Source of the DNA: Tannockella kyphosi
GTDB lineage: Bacteria; Bacillota_I; Bacilli_A; Erysipelotrichales; Coprobacillaceae
Assembly: GCF_021054785.1 (NCBI RefSeq)
Contig: NZ_CP088239.1
Span: 1,620,001-1,652,000 of the forward strand
Direction of reading: 5' to 3'
Length of the DNA stretch: 32,000 nt
Under the pieces are notes generated by a model. That model did no database searches. It was not told where the DNA came from and saw nothing but the letters and a program-made list of their open reading frames with translations. The position numbers and the translations under genes are program-made. Every line of letters begins with the position of its first letter. The stretch's first letter is position 1. Positions 1-7,677 of the stretch are shown here, piece by piece.

Positions 1-2
1 AA

Positions 3-182
3 CCTAGTATTAAAAAATCATTTAAAGCACGAACTACAGGCAAAGCAAAGAGAGCAGTAAAAAAGGCTATTATTCCAGCTTATGGTAAAAAGGGTACTGG
101 TATTATTAAGAACCCCAAAAAAGCTGTATATAACAAGGTATACAACAAAACTAGCTTTAGTATTTTTAAGTTTTTTAAATAA
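3..182 (+). CDS. C-terminal end of an unidentified protein (gene begins left of the window)
   Basis: The frame is open from the window edge to TAA at 180-182. Manual translation: PSIKKSFKARTTGKAKRAVKKAIIPAYGKKGTGIIKNPKKAVYNKVYNKTSFSIFKFFK*, a Lys-rich tail. 59 aa is too little for a family call. Confidence 0.45.
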   Translation, partial: PSIKKSFKARTTGKAKRAVKKAIIPAYGKKGTGIIKNPKKAVYNKVYNKTSFSIFKFFK

Positions 183-295
183 ACGTATTTAATAAGATAT
201 ATAGAAAGGAATAAAAACAAAATATTTATCTATAATAATAAAGAGCGGTAGAAGTACTCTAAGTGAGCCTACTCGTGCATATGACGAAATAAGTG

Positions 296-324
296 TTGAC
301 TTCAAAATCAATTTACTGTATATT
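296..324 (+). promoter_or_regulatory. Sigma-A type promoter between the two hairpin units
   Basis: TTGACT (296-301), a 17 nt spacer, then TATATT (319-324), with TG immediately upstream of the -10. The predicted start near 331 would give an RNA of about 80 nt containing unit B and the terminator. Confidence 0.5.
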
Positions 325-380
325 TGTTGTATGGAAAGCGACCGTAGTATTCTAAGTGAACCGTGTGACGCGCAAACAAA

Positions 381-412
381 CTCTTTATCGTTATGATAAA
401 GGGTTTTTTGTT
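381..412 (+). terminator. Rho-independent terminator ending 12 nt before the Abi start codon
   Basis: Stem CTCTTTATC (381-389) pairs with GATAAAGGG (395-403), 9 bp including one G-U. The loop is GTTAT, followed by TTTTTTGTTT. Confidence 0.7.
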
Positions 413-423
413 TATAATAATAT

Positions 424-1383
424 ATGAAACCATTTAAAAGCATAGACGAGCAAATTGAAATATTAAAAGAACGTGGATTAATTATCGATGACTATGAATT
501 CGCTAAAAAGTATCTCTTGCATAATAATTACTATAATGTTATTAATGCTCACTCACACTTTATTTACAAAAATAATAATAATAATTTTATTGATAATTTG
601 ACATTTAAAGAGATAGTAGCAATTCATTATTTTGACAAAGAAGTTAAGAGCATCCTGTTTAAACATCTACTTGATTCAGAGAAGAGATTTAAATCTATAG
701 TCGCTTATAAATTTTCCGAAAAGTACGGCTCTAATGATTATCCATATCTTAATGTTAATAATTACAATCCAAAATCTATTTTCGAAGTAACTAGTACTAT
801 TGCAAAAATTTCGCAAATTATACAAAGGAAAAAATCAAAACCCGGCAATTCCATTAGTCATTATTTCCAAATATATGATAATATTCCATTTTGGATAATT
901 ACTAACGAATTAACATTCGGTCAAACACTCCATCTATATGATCATTTTGATATATCCCTACGAAATAGTATAGCTAAGGAATTTAGCCTGATTTTAGAGG
1001 ATAACTTAGAAGTTGAAGGGGTTCGAATAACACCTGACGACCTATATACAACGTTAAATAATTTATTAGAAATAAGAAATATACTAGCCCATAATAATCT
1101 TATGTACTACTTCAAATGTAGAAAGAACATTCCTTATATAACAGAATTACATAATCTCTTCGACATGAAACATGATTCCCCTAAGAATGCTGTATATGAC
1201 GTGTTTCTTGCACTATATTGTACTTTATCCTATAACCAATATGTCGAATTGCACAATACAATTAGAAAAAGAGCGAGGACACTTAACAGAAATCTAGTAG
1301 TTATTGATGCAAATGTGGTTATGAACAGCTTAGGTTTTCCAGACGATTGGTTTAATTGCCCTGCCAAACCTACCAGAAATTAA
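424..1383 (+). CDS. Abi-like protein, AbiD/AbiF (Abi_2, PF07751) family, HEPN-type putative RNase (abortive infection)
   Basis: 319 aa. The N-terminus MKPFKSIDEQIEILKERGLIIDDYEFAKKYLLHNNYYNV is typical of the family. A HEPN R-x4-H motif (EIRNILAHNN; R218 at 1075-1077, H223 at 1090-1092) is present. No Shine-Dalgarno sequence is visible upstream. Confidence 0.85.
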   Translation: MKPFKSIDEQIEILKERGLIIDDYEFAKKYLLHNNYYNVINAHSHFIYKNNNNNFIDNLTFKEIVAIHYFDKEVKSILFKHLLDSEKRFKSIVAYKFSEKYGSNDYPYLNVNNYNPKSIFEVTSTIAKISQIIQRKKSKPGNSISHYFQIYDNIPFWIITNELTFGQTLHLYDHFDISLRNSIAKEFSLILEDNLEVEGVRITPDDLYTTLNNLLEIRNILAHNNLMYYFKCRKNIPYITELHNLFDMKHDSPKNAVYDVFLALYCTLSYNQYVELHNTIRKRARTLNRNLVVIDANVVMNSLGFPDDWFNCPAKPTRN

Positions 1384-1416
1384 AAAAATAAAAAACATCC
1401 CGCGCCAACGAGATGT
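1382..1416 (-). terminator. Minus-strand-specific intrinsic terminator facing the 3' end of the Abi gene
   Basis: On the minus strand the hairpin reads ACAUCUCG-UUGGCG-CGGGAUGU (8 bp with one G-U) followed by UUUUUUAUUUUUUU. On the plus strand the G-U becomes a C-A mismatch and no U-tract follows. Confidence 0.45.
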
Positions 1417-1436
1417 AAAATAAAAGCACATTTCAA

Positions 1437-1479
1437 GTCCTTTTATGCGCTAATTTTAGCATAAAACGGACCTTTTCAC
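1437..1479 (+). terminator. Possible terminator of the Abi gene
   Basis: GTCC-TTTTATGC pairs with GCATAAAA-(C)-GGAC around a 10 nt loop. Only a short tract (CTTTTC) follows. Confidence 0.35.
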
Positions 1480-1517
1480 AGTGCCAATAAGAAGGGACTA
1501 TTAAATTTATGTAATTA

Positions 1518-2040
1518 ATAAAAGTAGCTGCCTATTGCAGATTTAATAGTGATAATCAAAGGACAGAAAGTATCGATGCACAATTGTGTGCAATAAAAGA
1601 ATACTGTAAAAGAAATAAATATATACTAGAACGCATTTATTTTGATGAGGCAAAGAGTAGAACTAATGATGATAGAGAACAGTTCCAGGCAATGATCAGT
1701 GACAGTAATAGAGCTTATTAGAGAGGCATTCTTTACACCTGGTAATATTGATGTCATTGCAAATGAAATCTATGCTTATGTAGAAAATAATTCTAAAAAC
1801 AATAATAAAATAGTAACTGATTTGATAAATGAAGTTAAAACCCTAGAAAGCAATATCCTAATGCTTATGCCAAGGAAACTATTATCTTTAATCTTGAAGA
1901 AATAAAGGATTATTTAAACGCTTTAGAAAAACAAAATAAAAGAATGCTCATTGAAGCATTCCTTTATAAAGTAATAGTATATGACAAACGTATTTTGGTT
2001 CAATTGCGCTCTGACAATCTACTAAAAAAACGTGCTATAG
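1518..2040 (+). pseudogene. Large serine recombinase (resolvase/invertase-type integrase) pseudogene
   Basis: The N-terminal catalytic fragment IKVAAYCRFNSDNQRTESIDAQLCAIKEYCKRNKYILERIYFDEAKSRTNDDREQFQAMISD (1518-1718) has ATA where ATG is expected and ends at TAG 1719. Most of the catalytic and recombinase domains are missing. C-terminal coiled-coil/tail fragments follow in frame 1 (1699-1905) and frame 3 (about 1851 onward: ...EEIKDYLNALEKQNKRMLIEAFLYKVIVYDKRILVQLRSDNLLKKR). The last frame reads on into the ssrA 3' end. Confidence 0.6.
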
Positions 2041-2041
2041 C

Positions 2042-2389
2042 TGGTGGAGATGAGGGGAATCGAACCCCTGTCCAAAAACAGTCCCTCCAAAACGTCTACA
2101 GTTTATCTTATTGAATAGATTTAATTAGGCTACAATCAATAAGCAATTTTACACCTAACGAGCTTATAAAATTTTCGAGATAACCATCTAAGCTCTAATT
2201 ATCCTTAACCTATGGTTATGATACCAATTATTCAGTAATAGGTATACTAAATAGTGGCACTTTCAAGTCTATGTCGACTAAGCGAAAGAATAGTTTGTTC
2301 TGTTTCCAGTTAATTTTGTTTACGTTTTAACGGCCGTCACCGACTGCAGTTAAGGTCAGACTTGCCCCTGTCGAATCCAAGACATCCCC
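2042..2389 (-). ncRNA. ssrA: tmRNA (transfer-messenger RNA)
   Basis: The minus strand reads 5' GGGGAUGUCUUGGAUUCGACAGGGGCAAGUCUGACC ... AGGGGUUCGAUUCCCCUCAUCUCCACCA 3'. The internal tag frame ends ...GGA AAC AGA ACA AAC UAU UCU UUC GCU UAG (G N R T N Y S F A *). It lies directly downstream of smpB. Confidence 0.95.
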
Positions 2390-2430
2390 ATAATAGTCTA
2401 ACAAGTTAGACTAGATTATTATACTACTTG

Positions 2431-2877
2431 TTAATAGTTTTTTAAAGCTTTTTCAATATCTCTTTTTGCATCTTTTTCTTTTAAATCTTGTCTCTTATCA
2501 TAAAGCTTTTTCCCTTTAGCAAGAGCTATTTCTACTTTCACTTTACTACCATGACCAAAATACAACTTAGTAGCAACAATTGTTAAACCATCTTCTTTTA
2601 ACTTTTGAGATAATTTAAGTATTTCTTTTTTATGTAATAATAGTTTTCTAGTACGCAATGGTTCATGATTAAAACGATTTCCTTGTTCATAAGGAGAGAT
2701 ATGCATATTTTCAATAAACGCTTCTTCATTTTTAATACGTACAAAGCTATCTTTTAAATTAACACTACCCAAACGAACAGACTTAATCTCTGTTCCCAAT
2801 AATTCAATTCCTGCTTCATAAGTATCTTCAATAAAATAATCATGATAAGCTTTTTTATTATTAGAAATAATTTTCAT
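2431..2877 (-). CDS. smpB: SsrA-binding protein SmpB
   Basis: [34 protein letters not shown]...[12 protein letters not shown] matches SmpB throughout. I chose the ATG at 2877 because AAAGGAG lies 9 nt upstream of it; the ORF-track ATG at 2886 sits directly against the SD. Confidence 0.93.
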   Translation of the reverse strand: MKIISNNKKAYHDYFIEDTYEAGIELLGTEIKSVRLGSVNLKDSFVRIKNEEAFIENMHISPYEQGNRFNHEPLRTRKLLLHKKEILKLSQKLKEDGLTIVATKLYFGHGSKVKVEIALAKGKKLYDKRQDLKEKDAKRDIEKALKNY

Positions 2878-2882
2878 AATTA

Positions 2883-5069
2883 TCATCTCCTTTTGTTAGG
2901 TTTCCCTTTAGAATGAGCATTTCTTTTCATAACAGGTTTCTTCTTTGTTTTTCTTTTAAAATCACTTTTCATATCTGCAATTACAAAGTCAATCTTCTTT
3001 TCTTTTTTACTTGCACTACTTACACGGATACGAACATGATCAGACATCTTAAACTTCTTACCAGTTCTTTGTCCTACATATTGTAAATTCAATTCATTAA
3101 AGAAATAGAAGTCATCCGATAACTCACTAACATGCACTAGTCCTTCAATCGTATTTTCTAATTCAACAAAAAATCCAAAATTAGTAACCGAACTAATAAC
3201 TCCATCAAATTCTTGACCTACATATTGCTCCATAAATTCAGCTTTTTTCATATCTTCTACATCACGTTCTACTGTAATTGCAATTCTTTCACGATTTGAA
3301 GATTGATACGCTAAATCAGGAATAACCATTTCATAATGATCTAATGTTTTTTCACTAACATCCTTTTCAACTAAATACGTACGAATCAAACGATGTACTA
3401 ATAAATCAGGATAACGACGAATTGGTGAAGTAAAATGTGTATAATATTCATCTGCTAAACCATAATGCCCTAAACATTGTTCATCATATCTTGCTTTTTG
3501 CATGCAACGTAATAAAAGAGTTGCGATTAGTTCATGATTTTCTGTTCCTTTTGATGATTCTACTAATTGACTTAATACAACCGGTTTAATATCTTCTAAA
3601 GATCCTTCAATCCCATATCCTAGAATACTAGCTATTGATTGAAATTTTTGTAGTTTTGCGACTTTTGGATGTTCATGAACACGATAAATAAAAGGTAAAT
3701 CTAATTGTTCAAAGTGTTTTGCTACTGTTTGATTAGCAAGTAACATAAACTCTTCAATAATACGATCACTAGTTCCTCTGGTTCTTAAAACAATATCTTT
3801 TACTTTTCCTTTTTCACTAACTAATACCTTTGCTTCTTTCACATCAAAATCAATAGCACCTCTTCTAGCTTTACTATCTTCTAATATCTTAGCAAGCTCT
3901 TGCATTAAGAAAAATAAATCAATTACATCATGATACTCTTCTTGTAAAAGCTTATCTCCGTCTAATATCTTATTCACATTATGATATGTCATACGATAAT
4001 TCGAATGAATTACACTATCACTAATCTTATGATTCACAACCTGTCCATGATGATCTATTTCCATAAAACAAGATAATGTTAAACGATCCACTTGTGGATT
4101 CAAAGAACATATTCCATTCGATAACTTATGTGGTAACATTGGTACAACACGATCCACTAAATAAATAGATGTTCCCCTAGCAACCGCTTCTTTATCCAAA
4201 GCAGAACTTTCGGTTACATAATGTGACACATCTGCAATATGAACCCCTAAATAATAATTCCCATTCTCTAATCTTTTTAAAGAAATAGCATCATCCAAAT
4301 CTTTTGCATCATCCCCATCAATAGTAACAATAACTTCCTCTCTTAAATCTAATCTACCAACCAAATCCTTCTCTAGAACAACATCTTCTATCTTATCAAT
4401 TTGTTGATAAACATCCTTAGGGAAAGCAATATCAATATCATGTTCCTTTAGTATTGCCAGAATATCAATTCCAGGATCACTTTTATGACCCAACACTTCT
4501 ACAACAGTACCTTTTACATTTGACTTAAATGCCTTAATTTCCACTACCACCATATGCCCAACTACAGCTCCATGAAGATGTGCTTTATCAATAAATACTT
4601 CTTTATCCAAACCTAAAATAGTACTCTCAACATAACAATCACGTTTTCCTTTTTTCAACAAACCAACGATCCTTGTTTTATTTCTTTTCACTAATTTTAA
4701 TACTTTTGCTTCTTTTTTACTTTCATAAGGAGCTTGGAAGATTTGTATAAAAACAGTATCTCCATCAATACTTCCTTTTAAATTATCAACAGAAACAAAA
4801 ACATCTTGTTCCATTCCTTCTATTGTTACAAAACCATATCCTTTTTTATTCAAAGATAAATTACCTATATAACAATTAAAATGACTAGATAAATAATACT
4901 TATTATCATCATCTTTCATAATAATACATTGTTCTTCTAATTCATTTAACTCTTTTAACAACTCTTTTACTTCTTGGCTAGTACTTATTTGTAAATGAGT
5001 ACTAATCTCTTCATCTAAACGTTCTAAGAAGTTCTCATTTTCTAATAATTCTATTATCTTTTCTTTCAT
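2883..5069 (-). CDS. rnr: Ribonuclease R (3'-5' exoribonuclease, RNB family)
   Basis: 728 aa with cold-shock-like N-terminal region, an RNB core ([25 protein letters not shown]), an S1 domain ([20 protein letters not shown]) and a basic tail. AAGGAGG lies upstream of the ATG. Confidence 0.95.
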   Translation of the reverse strand: MKEKIIELLENENFLERLDEEISTHLQISTSQEVKELLKELNELEEQCIIMKDDDNKYYLSSHFNCYIGNLSLNKKGYGFVTIEGMEQDVFVSVDNLKGSIDGDTVFIQIFQAPYESKKEAKVLKLVKRNKTRIVGLLKKGKRDCYVESTILGLDKEVFIDKAHLHGAVVGHMVVVEIKAFKSNVKGTVVEVLGHKSDPGIDILAILKEHDIDIAFPKDVYQQIDKIEDVVLEKDLVGRLDLREEVIVTIDGDDAKDLDDAISLKRLENGNYYLGVHIADVSHYVTESSALDKEAVARGTSIYLVDRVVPMLPHKLSNGICSLNPQVDRLTLSCFMEIDHHGQVVNHKISDSVIHSNYRMTYHNVNKILDGDKLLQEEYHDVIDLFFLMQELAKILEDSKARRGAIDFDVKEAKVLVSEKGKVKDIVLRTRGTSDRIIEEFMLLANQTVAKHFEQLDLPFIYRVHEHPKVAKLQKFQSIASILGYGIEGSLEDIKPVVLSQLVESSKGTENHELIATLLLRCMQKARYDEQCLGHYGLADEYYTHFTSPIRRYPDLLVHRLIRTYLVEKDVSEKTLDHYEMVIPDLAYQSSNRERIAITVERDVEDMKKAEFMEQYVGQEFDGVISSVTNFGFFVELENTIEGLVHVSELSDDFYFFNELNLQYVGQRTGKKFKMSDHVRIRVSSASKKEKKIDFVIADMKSDFKRKTKKKPVMKRNAHSKGKPNKRR

Positions 5070-5081
5070 TTTTTCCTCCTT

Positions 5082-5109
5082 AAAACAAAAAATAGGACTA
5101 CGTCCTATT
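5082..5109 (-). terminator. Intrinsic terminator after secG
   Basis: AATAGGAC / GTCCTATT stem followed on the minus strand by TTTTTGTTTT. Confidence 0.6.
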
Positions 5110-5113
5110 TCTT

Positions 5114-5344
5114 TTATCCCATTCTAAGCATAATTGCTATCACGAAGAAAGCAATCGCTAATCCCATTGTAAGTCTTGAAATTACTAACTCCATTCCACG
5201 TTCTTTTGTTTGTGCAAACAAATTTGAACTTTGTCCCGAAAGAGCATTCACAATTCCATCAGATTTACCACTTTGTAATAGACATAAAATAATAAGCGCG
5301 ATAGCATCAATAACTAATGCGATATTTAATATATTTTCTAACAT
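5114..5344 (-). CDS. secG: Preprotein translocase subunit SecG
   Basis: MLENILNIALVIDAIALIILCLLQSGKSDG...KERGMELVISRLTMGLAIAFFVIAIML fits the SecG pattern (LLQSGK, two TM segments). The start was moved to the internal ATG at 5344, which is preceded by GAGGAGG. The 27-codon extension in the ORF track has no RBS. Confidence 0.85.
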   Translation of the reverse strand: MLENILNIALVIDAIALIILCLLQSGKSDGIVNALSGQSSNLFAQTKERGMELVISRLTMGLAIAFFVIAIMLRMG

Positions 5345-5446
5345 TTTTATACCTCCTCGATGTTTTTTTATACATTGCTTATACATAATATCATAAACAA
5401 AGAAAAAATACAACAAACATTTCACTACATATATTCAATAGAATTC

Positions 5447-5477
5447 GTTAAAAAAAGAGAAAGAAAACTTTCTCTTT
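5447..5477 (-). terminator. Intrinsic terminator after the deacetylase gene
   Basis: AAAGAGAAAG / CTTTCTCTTT 10 bp stem with a 4 nt loop, followed by a T-tract on the minus strand. It overlaps the stop codon. Confidence 0.65.
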
Positions 5478-6231
5478 ATATCTGTGATCCTTCTACAAAA
5501 CAATGCATATGCAAACTACTCATTACGCGAATTGCTTCTCCTAACGAATACTCTTTATCTGCTGCTAATTGCATTCCACGCATCGAAAAGTAAGTACGAT
5601 AAAGATCTAATAATTGAGGTGGCATTTGGCTACGATGAGCAGCCATTGCTTCAAATTTAGTATCAAATGTATCAGTAACATCAATAACCGTATTGGGATT
5701 ATTTGTAAAATAGAATCCAATTGCAAAGGGTGCACATGGAAGTGTATTTGTACCTTTTGGGTATTCCACTAATGAACAAGAGATAAATGCTTGTGCTGTC
5801 GCTTTTCCAGTAACAACATGATCATAATGGGCTTCATAAGATAGCCATGGATCAGGACAGAAAATCATATCATATTGTCCTTCTCTTATCACTTCAGCAA
5901 TCTTCCCTGCTAACATTGGAATATTATCTAATGTACCATCAACCAGTCCCAAGTTATGATAATTACTTACTCCTAGAATGGCTCCAGAATCTTTTATTTC
6001 TTGATTACGTACAAACGCTAATTTATCTCCTGTTAATTCTGGTGATAAAGCGCCTAAAGACCCATCTGTCATCGTAAGATAATCTACTTGACAACCATCC
6101 AACGTTAGTTTTTTAATAATACCTCCCATCCCTACTTCATTATCATCAGGATGTGGTTGGATACATAATGCTTTTTTCCCTTTTGTAATATCTGGTGGTA
6201 AAAATAATGCTTGTATTTGTTCTTGATTCAT
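5476..6231 (-). CDS. PIG-L/LmbE family N-acetylglucosaminyl deacetylase
   Basis: 251 aa with the PHPDDNEVGMGG signature near the N-terminus and later HYDH. Confidence 0.8.
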   Translation of the reverse strand: MNQEQIQALFLPPDITKGKKALCIQPHPDDNEVGMGGIIKKLTLDGCQVDYLTMTDGSLGALSPELTGDKLAFVRNQEIKDSGAILGVSNYHNLGLVDGTLDNIPMLAGKIAEVIREGQYDMIFCPDPWLSYEAHYDHVVTGKATAQAFISCSLVEYPKGTNTLPCAPFAIGFYFTNNPNTVIDVTDTFDTKFEAMAAHRSQMPPQLLDLYRTYFSMRGMQLAADKEYSLGEAIRVMSSLHMHCFVEGSQI

Positions 6232-6232
6232 T

Positions 6233-7579
6233 TTATTTGCCTGCTTCCTTTCTTTTTGCTTCTAACTCTTCATGGATTTCTATTCTTTGTTGATCTGTTA
6301 AATTATAGAACATCATTGGAATCATCGCGATAATAAAGCTAATTGCTGGTATTACATACATCATAGAACTGAATCCTGTTTGTATAAGTGGTGTTACTGT
6401 TTGGTTATCTACATAACACATCATTATTAAACCTACTCCTAAAATAAGCTTTGCAATCGTTGCACTTAATTTAGTTAGCAGTGTGTTAATAGAAAAAATA
6501 ATTCCTTCCCCTCGATAACCTAACTTCCATTCCGAATACTCAACTGCATCTAATAACATCGTCGAACAAACAATACTAATAACACCAGTGCATGCAAAAC
6601 TAAATCCCAAAAAGATAAGTCCTAACATCACATCTTCTCTTCCCCCAAAGAAAGGAACAATACTAGTAATCGATCCAATGATTGAAAAGATAAAAAACAG
6701 TTTTTTCTTAGGAAACTTCTTTACTAACATTGGCGCAACAACCATCCCTAAAGTCATTCCAATAACTAAACTAAGTCCTACTGGAGTTACATAATTAGCG
6801 TCTCCCCAAACATACACTACAAAATATAATTGTACACTTTGTCTTATCCCATTCACCAAATTAGTAACTAATAAAGCCATCATTAATGCCATTAATGGTT
6901 TATTATGTGTTACTGTTTTCATGTTTTGTTTTATAGAGATTACTTCTTTATCCGGTTGAATTCTTTCTTTTACCTTCAACCCTGCAATAATCATTAAAAT
7001 AGCTCCTATGATTGCAATAATAGCTGCAGTAAATGTATAAGCACTTGCTACTCTTTCTCCTCCAAAAAGATTAAGAATATGGATACTTCCGACTGTTACA
7101 AGAACCGTTCCTATCGTACCGCCAATACGACCTAACGTAACCATAATATTACGTTCATCTGGTTCATGAGAAACAGAGGAAGTAATTGCCCATATTGGGA
7201 TATCGCAAATCGTATACGACATTCCCCATAAAATATAGCTAATAGCTGCTAGAATAATGGTTGTTGTTGGAGCAACATCATATTGCAAGAAACAAAAAAT
7301 AGTCGTACATGCAATAATCACTGGTCCAATAATCATATAAGGACGAAACTTACCCCATTTTGTTCTAGTACGGTCTGTTAATAATCCCATCATTGGATCA
7401 TTCATTGCATCCCATAAACTAGCAATAATCACAATAATTGTTGCTGCTTGCGTCGGTATCATAAGTAAATCTGTAAAATAAAACATAATGTACATTGACA
7501 TAAAATTATAAATCATATTTTGTCCTAATAACCCTCCACCATAGGCTATCTTTTCAGACTTCGGTACTTCATAATTCAT
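6233..7579 (-). CDS. Glycoside-pentoside-hexuronide (GPH):cation symporter family transporter
   Basis: 448 aa, about 12 TM segments. Carries the GPH signature DAMNDPMMGLLTDRTRTKWGKFRPYM. There is a 1 nt gap to the downstream deacetylase. Confidence 0.85.
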   Translation of the reverse strand: MNYEVPKSEKIAYGGGLLGQNMIYNFMSMYIMFYFTDLLMIPTQAATIIVIIASLWDAMNDPMMGLLTDRTRTKWGKFRPYMIIGPVIIACTTIFCFLQYDVAPTTTIILAAISYILWGMSYTICDIPIWAITSSVSHEPDERNIMVTLGRIGGTIGTVLVTVGSIHILNLFGGERVASAYTFTAAIIAIIGAILMIIAGLKVKERIQPDKEVISIKQNMKTVTHNKPLMALMMALLVTNLVNGIRQSVQLYFVVYVWGDANYVTPVGLSLVIGMTLGMVVAPMLVKKFPKKKLFFIFSIIGSITSIVPFFGGREDVMLGLIFLGFSFACTGVISIVCSTMLLDAVEYSEWKLGYRGEGIIFSINTLLTKLSATIAKLILGVGLIMMCYVDNQTVTPLIQTGFSSMMYVIPAISFIIAMIPMMFYNLTDQQRIEIHEELEAKRKEAGK

Positions 7580-7643
7580 TCATAAAACCTCCCTTTTTAC
7601 AAACTTTTCTACCCTTATTTTAGCACATTGCTAGTCATTAGAT

Positions 7644-7677
7644 AACAAAAAAAGAATAAAGAGACTCCTTTATTCTT
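7644..7677 (-). terminator. Intrinsic terminator after the MarR gene
   Basis: AAGAATAAAG / CTTTATTCTT stem followed by TTTTTTTGT on the minus strand. It overlaps the stop codon. Confidence 0.6.

Larger units (their letters stand above)
243..412 (+). ncRNA. Candidate structured small RNA upstream of the Abi gene (two related hairpin units plus intrinsic terminator); possible abiF-motif-like RNA or RNA antitoxin
   Basis: Unit A (245-278, GCGGTAGAAGTACTCTAAGTGAGCCTACTCGTGC) and unit B (338-373, GCGACCGTAGTATTCTAAGTGAACCGTGTGACGCGC) share GTAG..TCTAAGTGA(G/A)CC. Each can be drawn as an imperfect hairpin capped by a UAAGU loop. The apical stem shows a compensatory change (CUC/GAG in A, UUC/GAA in B). 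The units are GC-rich islands in AT-rich spacer, and the region ends in the terminator at 381-412. The 5' end is uncertain: about 243 if the weak TATAAT at 231-236 is used, about 331 if the strong promoter at 296-324 is used. Confidence 0.5.
1..2041. mobile_element. Right-hand remnant of an integrative island/prophage inserted at the 3' end of ssrA (left boundary outside the window)
   Basis: The recombinase pseudogene directly abuts the tmRNA 3' end at 2042. The cargo (Abi gene, unknown gene) is accessory-type. The flanking secG-rnr-smpB-ssrA block is core. Confidence 0.45.

Noticed and set aside
189-443. 84 aa minus-strand ORF covering the region upstream of the Abi gene
   Set aside because: It lies antisense across the hairpin units, the promoter and the terminator. 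Its only notable feature (LRILRS / LRVLLP) simply mirrors the DNA repeats. It has no RBS and no recognisable family. The region is better explained as non-coding RNA or regulatory sequence.
1330-1431. 33 aa minus-strand ORF (MCFYFTSRWRGMFFIFLISGRFGRAIKPIVWKT) with an AAGGA 7 nt upstream; considered as a type I toxin-like peptide antisense to the Abi 3' end
   Set aside because: The minus-strand terminator hairpin and its U-tract lie inside the ORF, so a transcript would end before the stop codon. The hydrophobic stretch is too short for a TM helix. No other support.
1699-1905. 68 aa plus-strand ORF from the track
   Set aside because: It is one frame-fragment of the decayed serine recombinase (coiled-coil region), not an independent gene.
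2394-2413. Perfect 9 bp inverted repeat TAGTCTAAC-AA-GTTAGACTA between smpB and ssrA; considered as an att site or a terminator
   Set aside because: It lies on the core side of ssrA, so it is not at the island junction. It is followed by only UUAU before the mature tmRNA 5' GGGG. It is most simply part of the ssrA precursor leader downstream of a TATAAT (minus strand, 2418-2423) that RNase P removes.
2878-2886. Upstream ATG of the smpB ORF, and the 27-codon N-terminal extension of the secG ORF (5345-5425)
   Set aside because: In both cases a strong Shine-Dalgarno sits at proper spacing only for the internal ATG, and the family N-termini match the shorter proteins.
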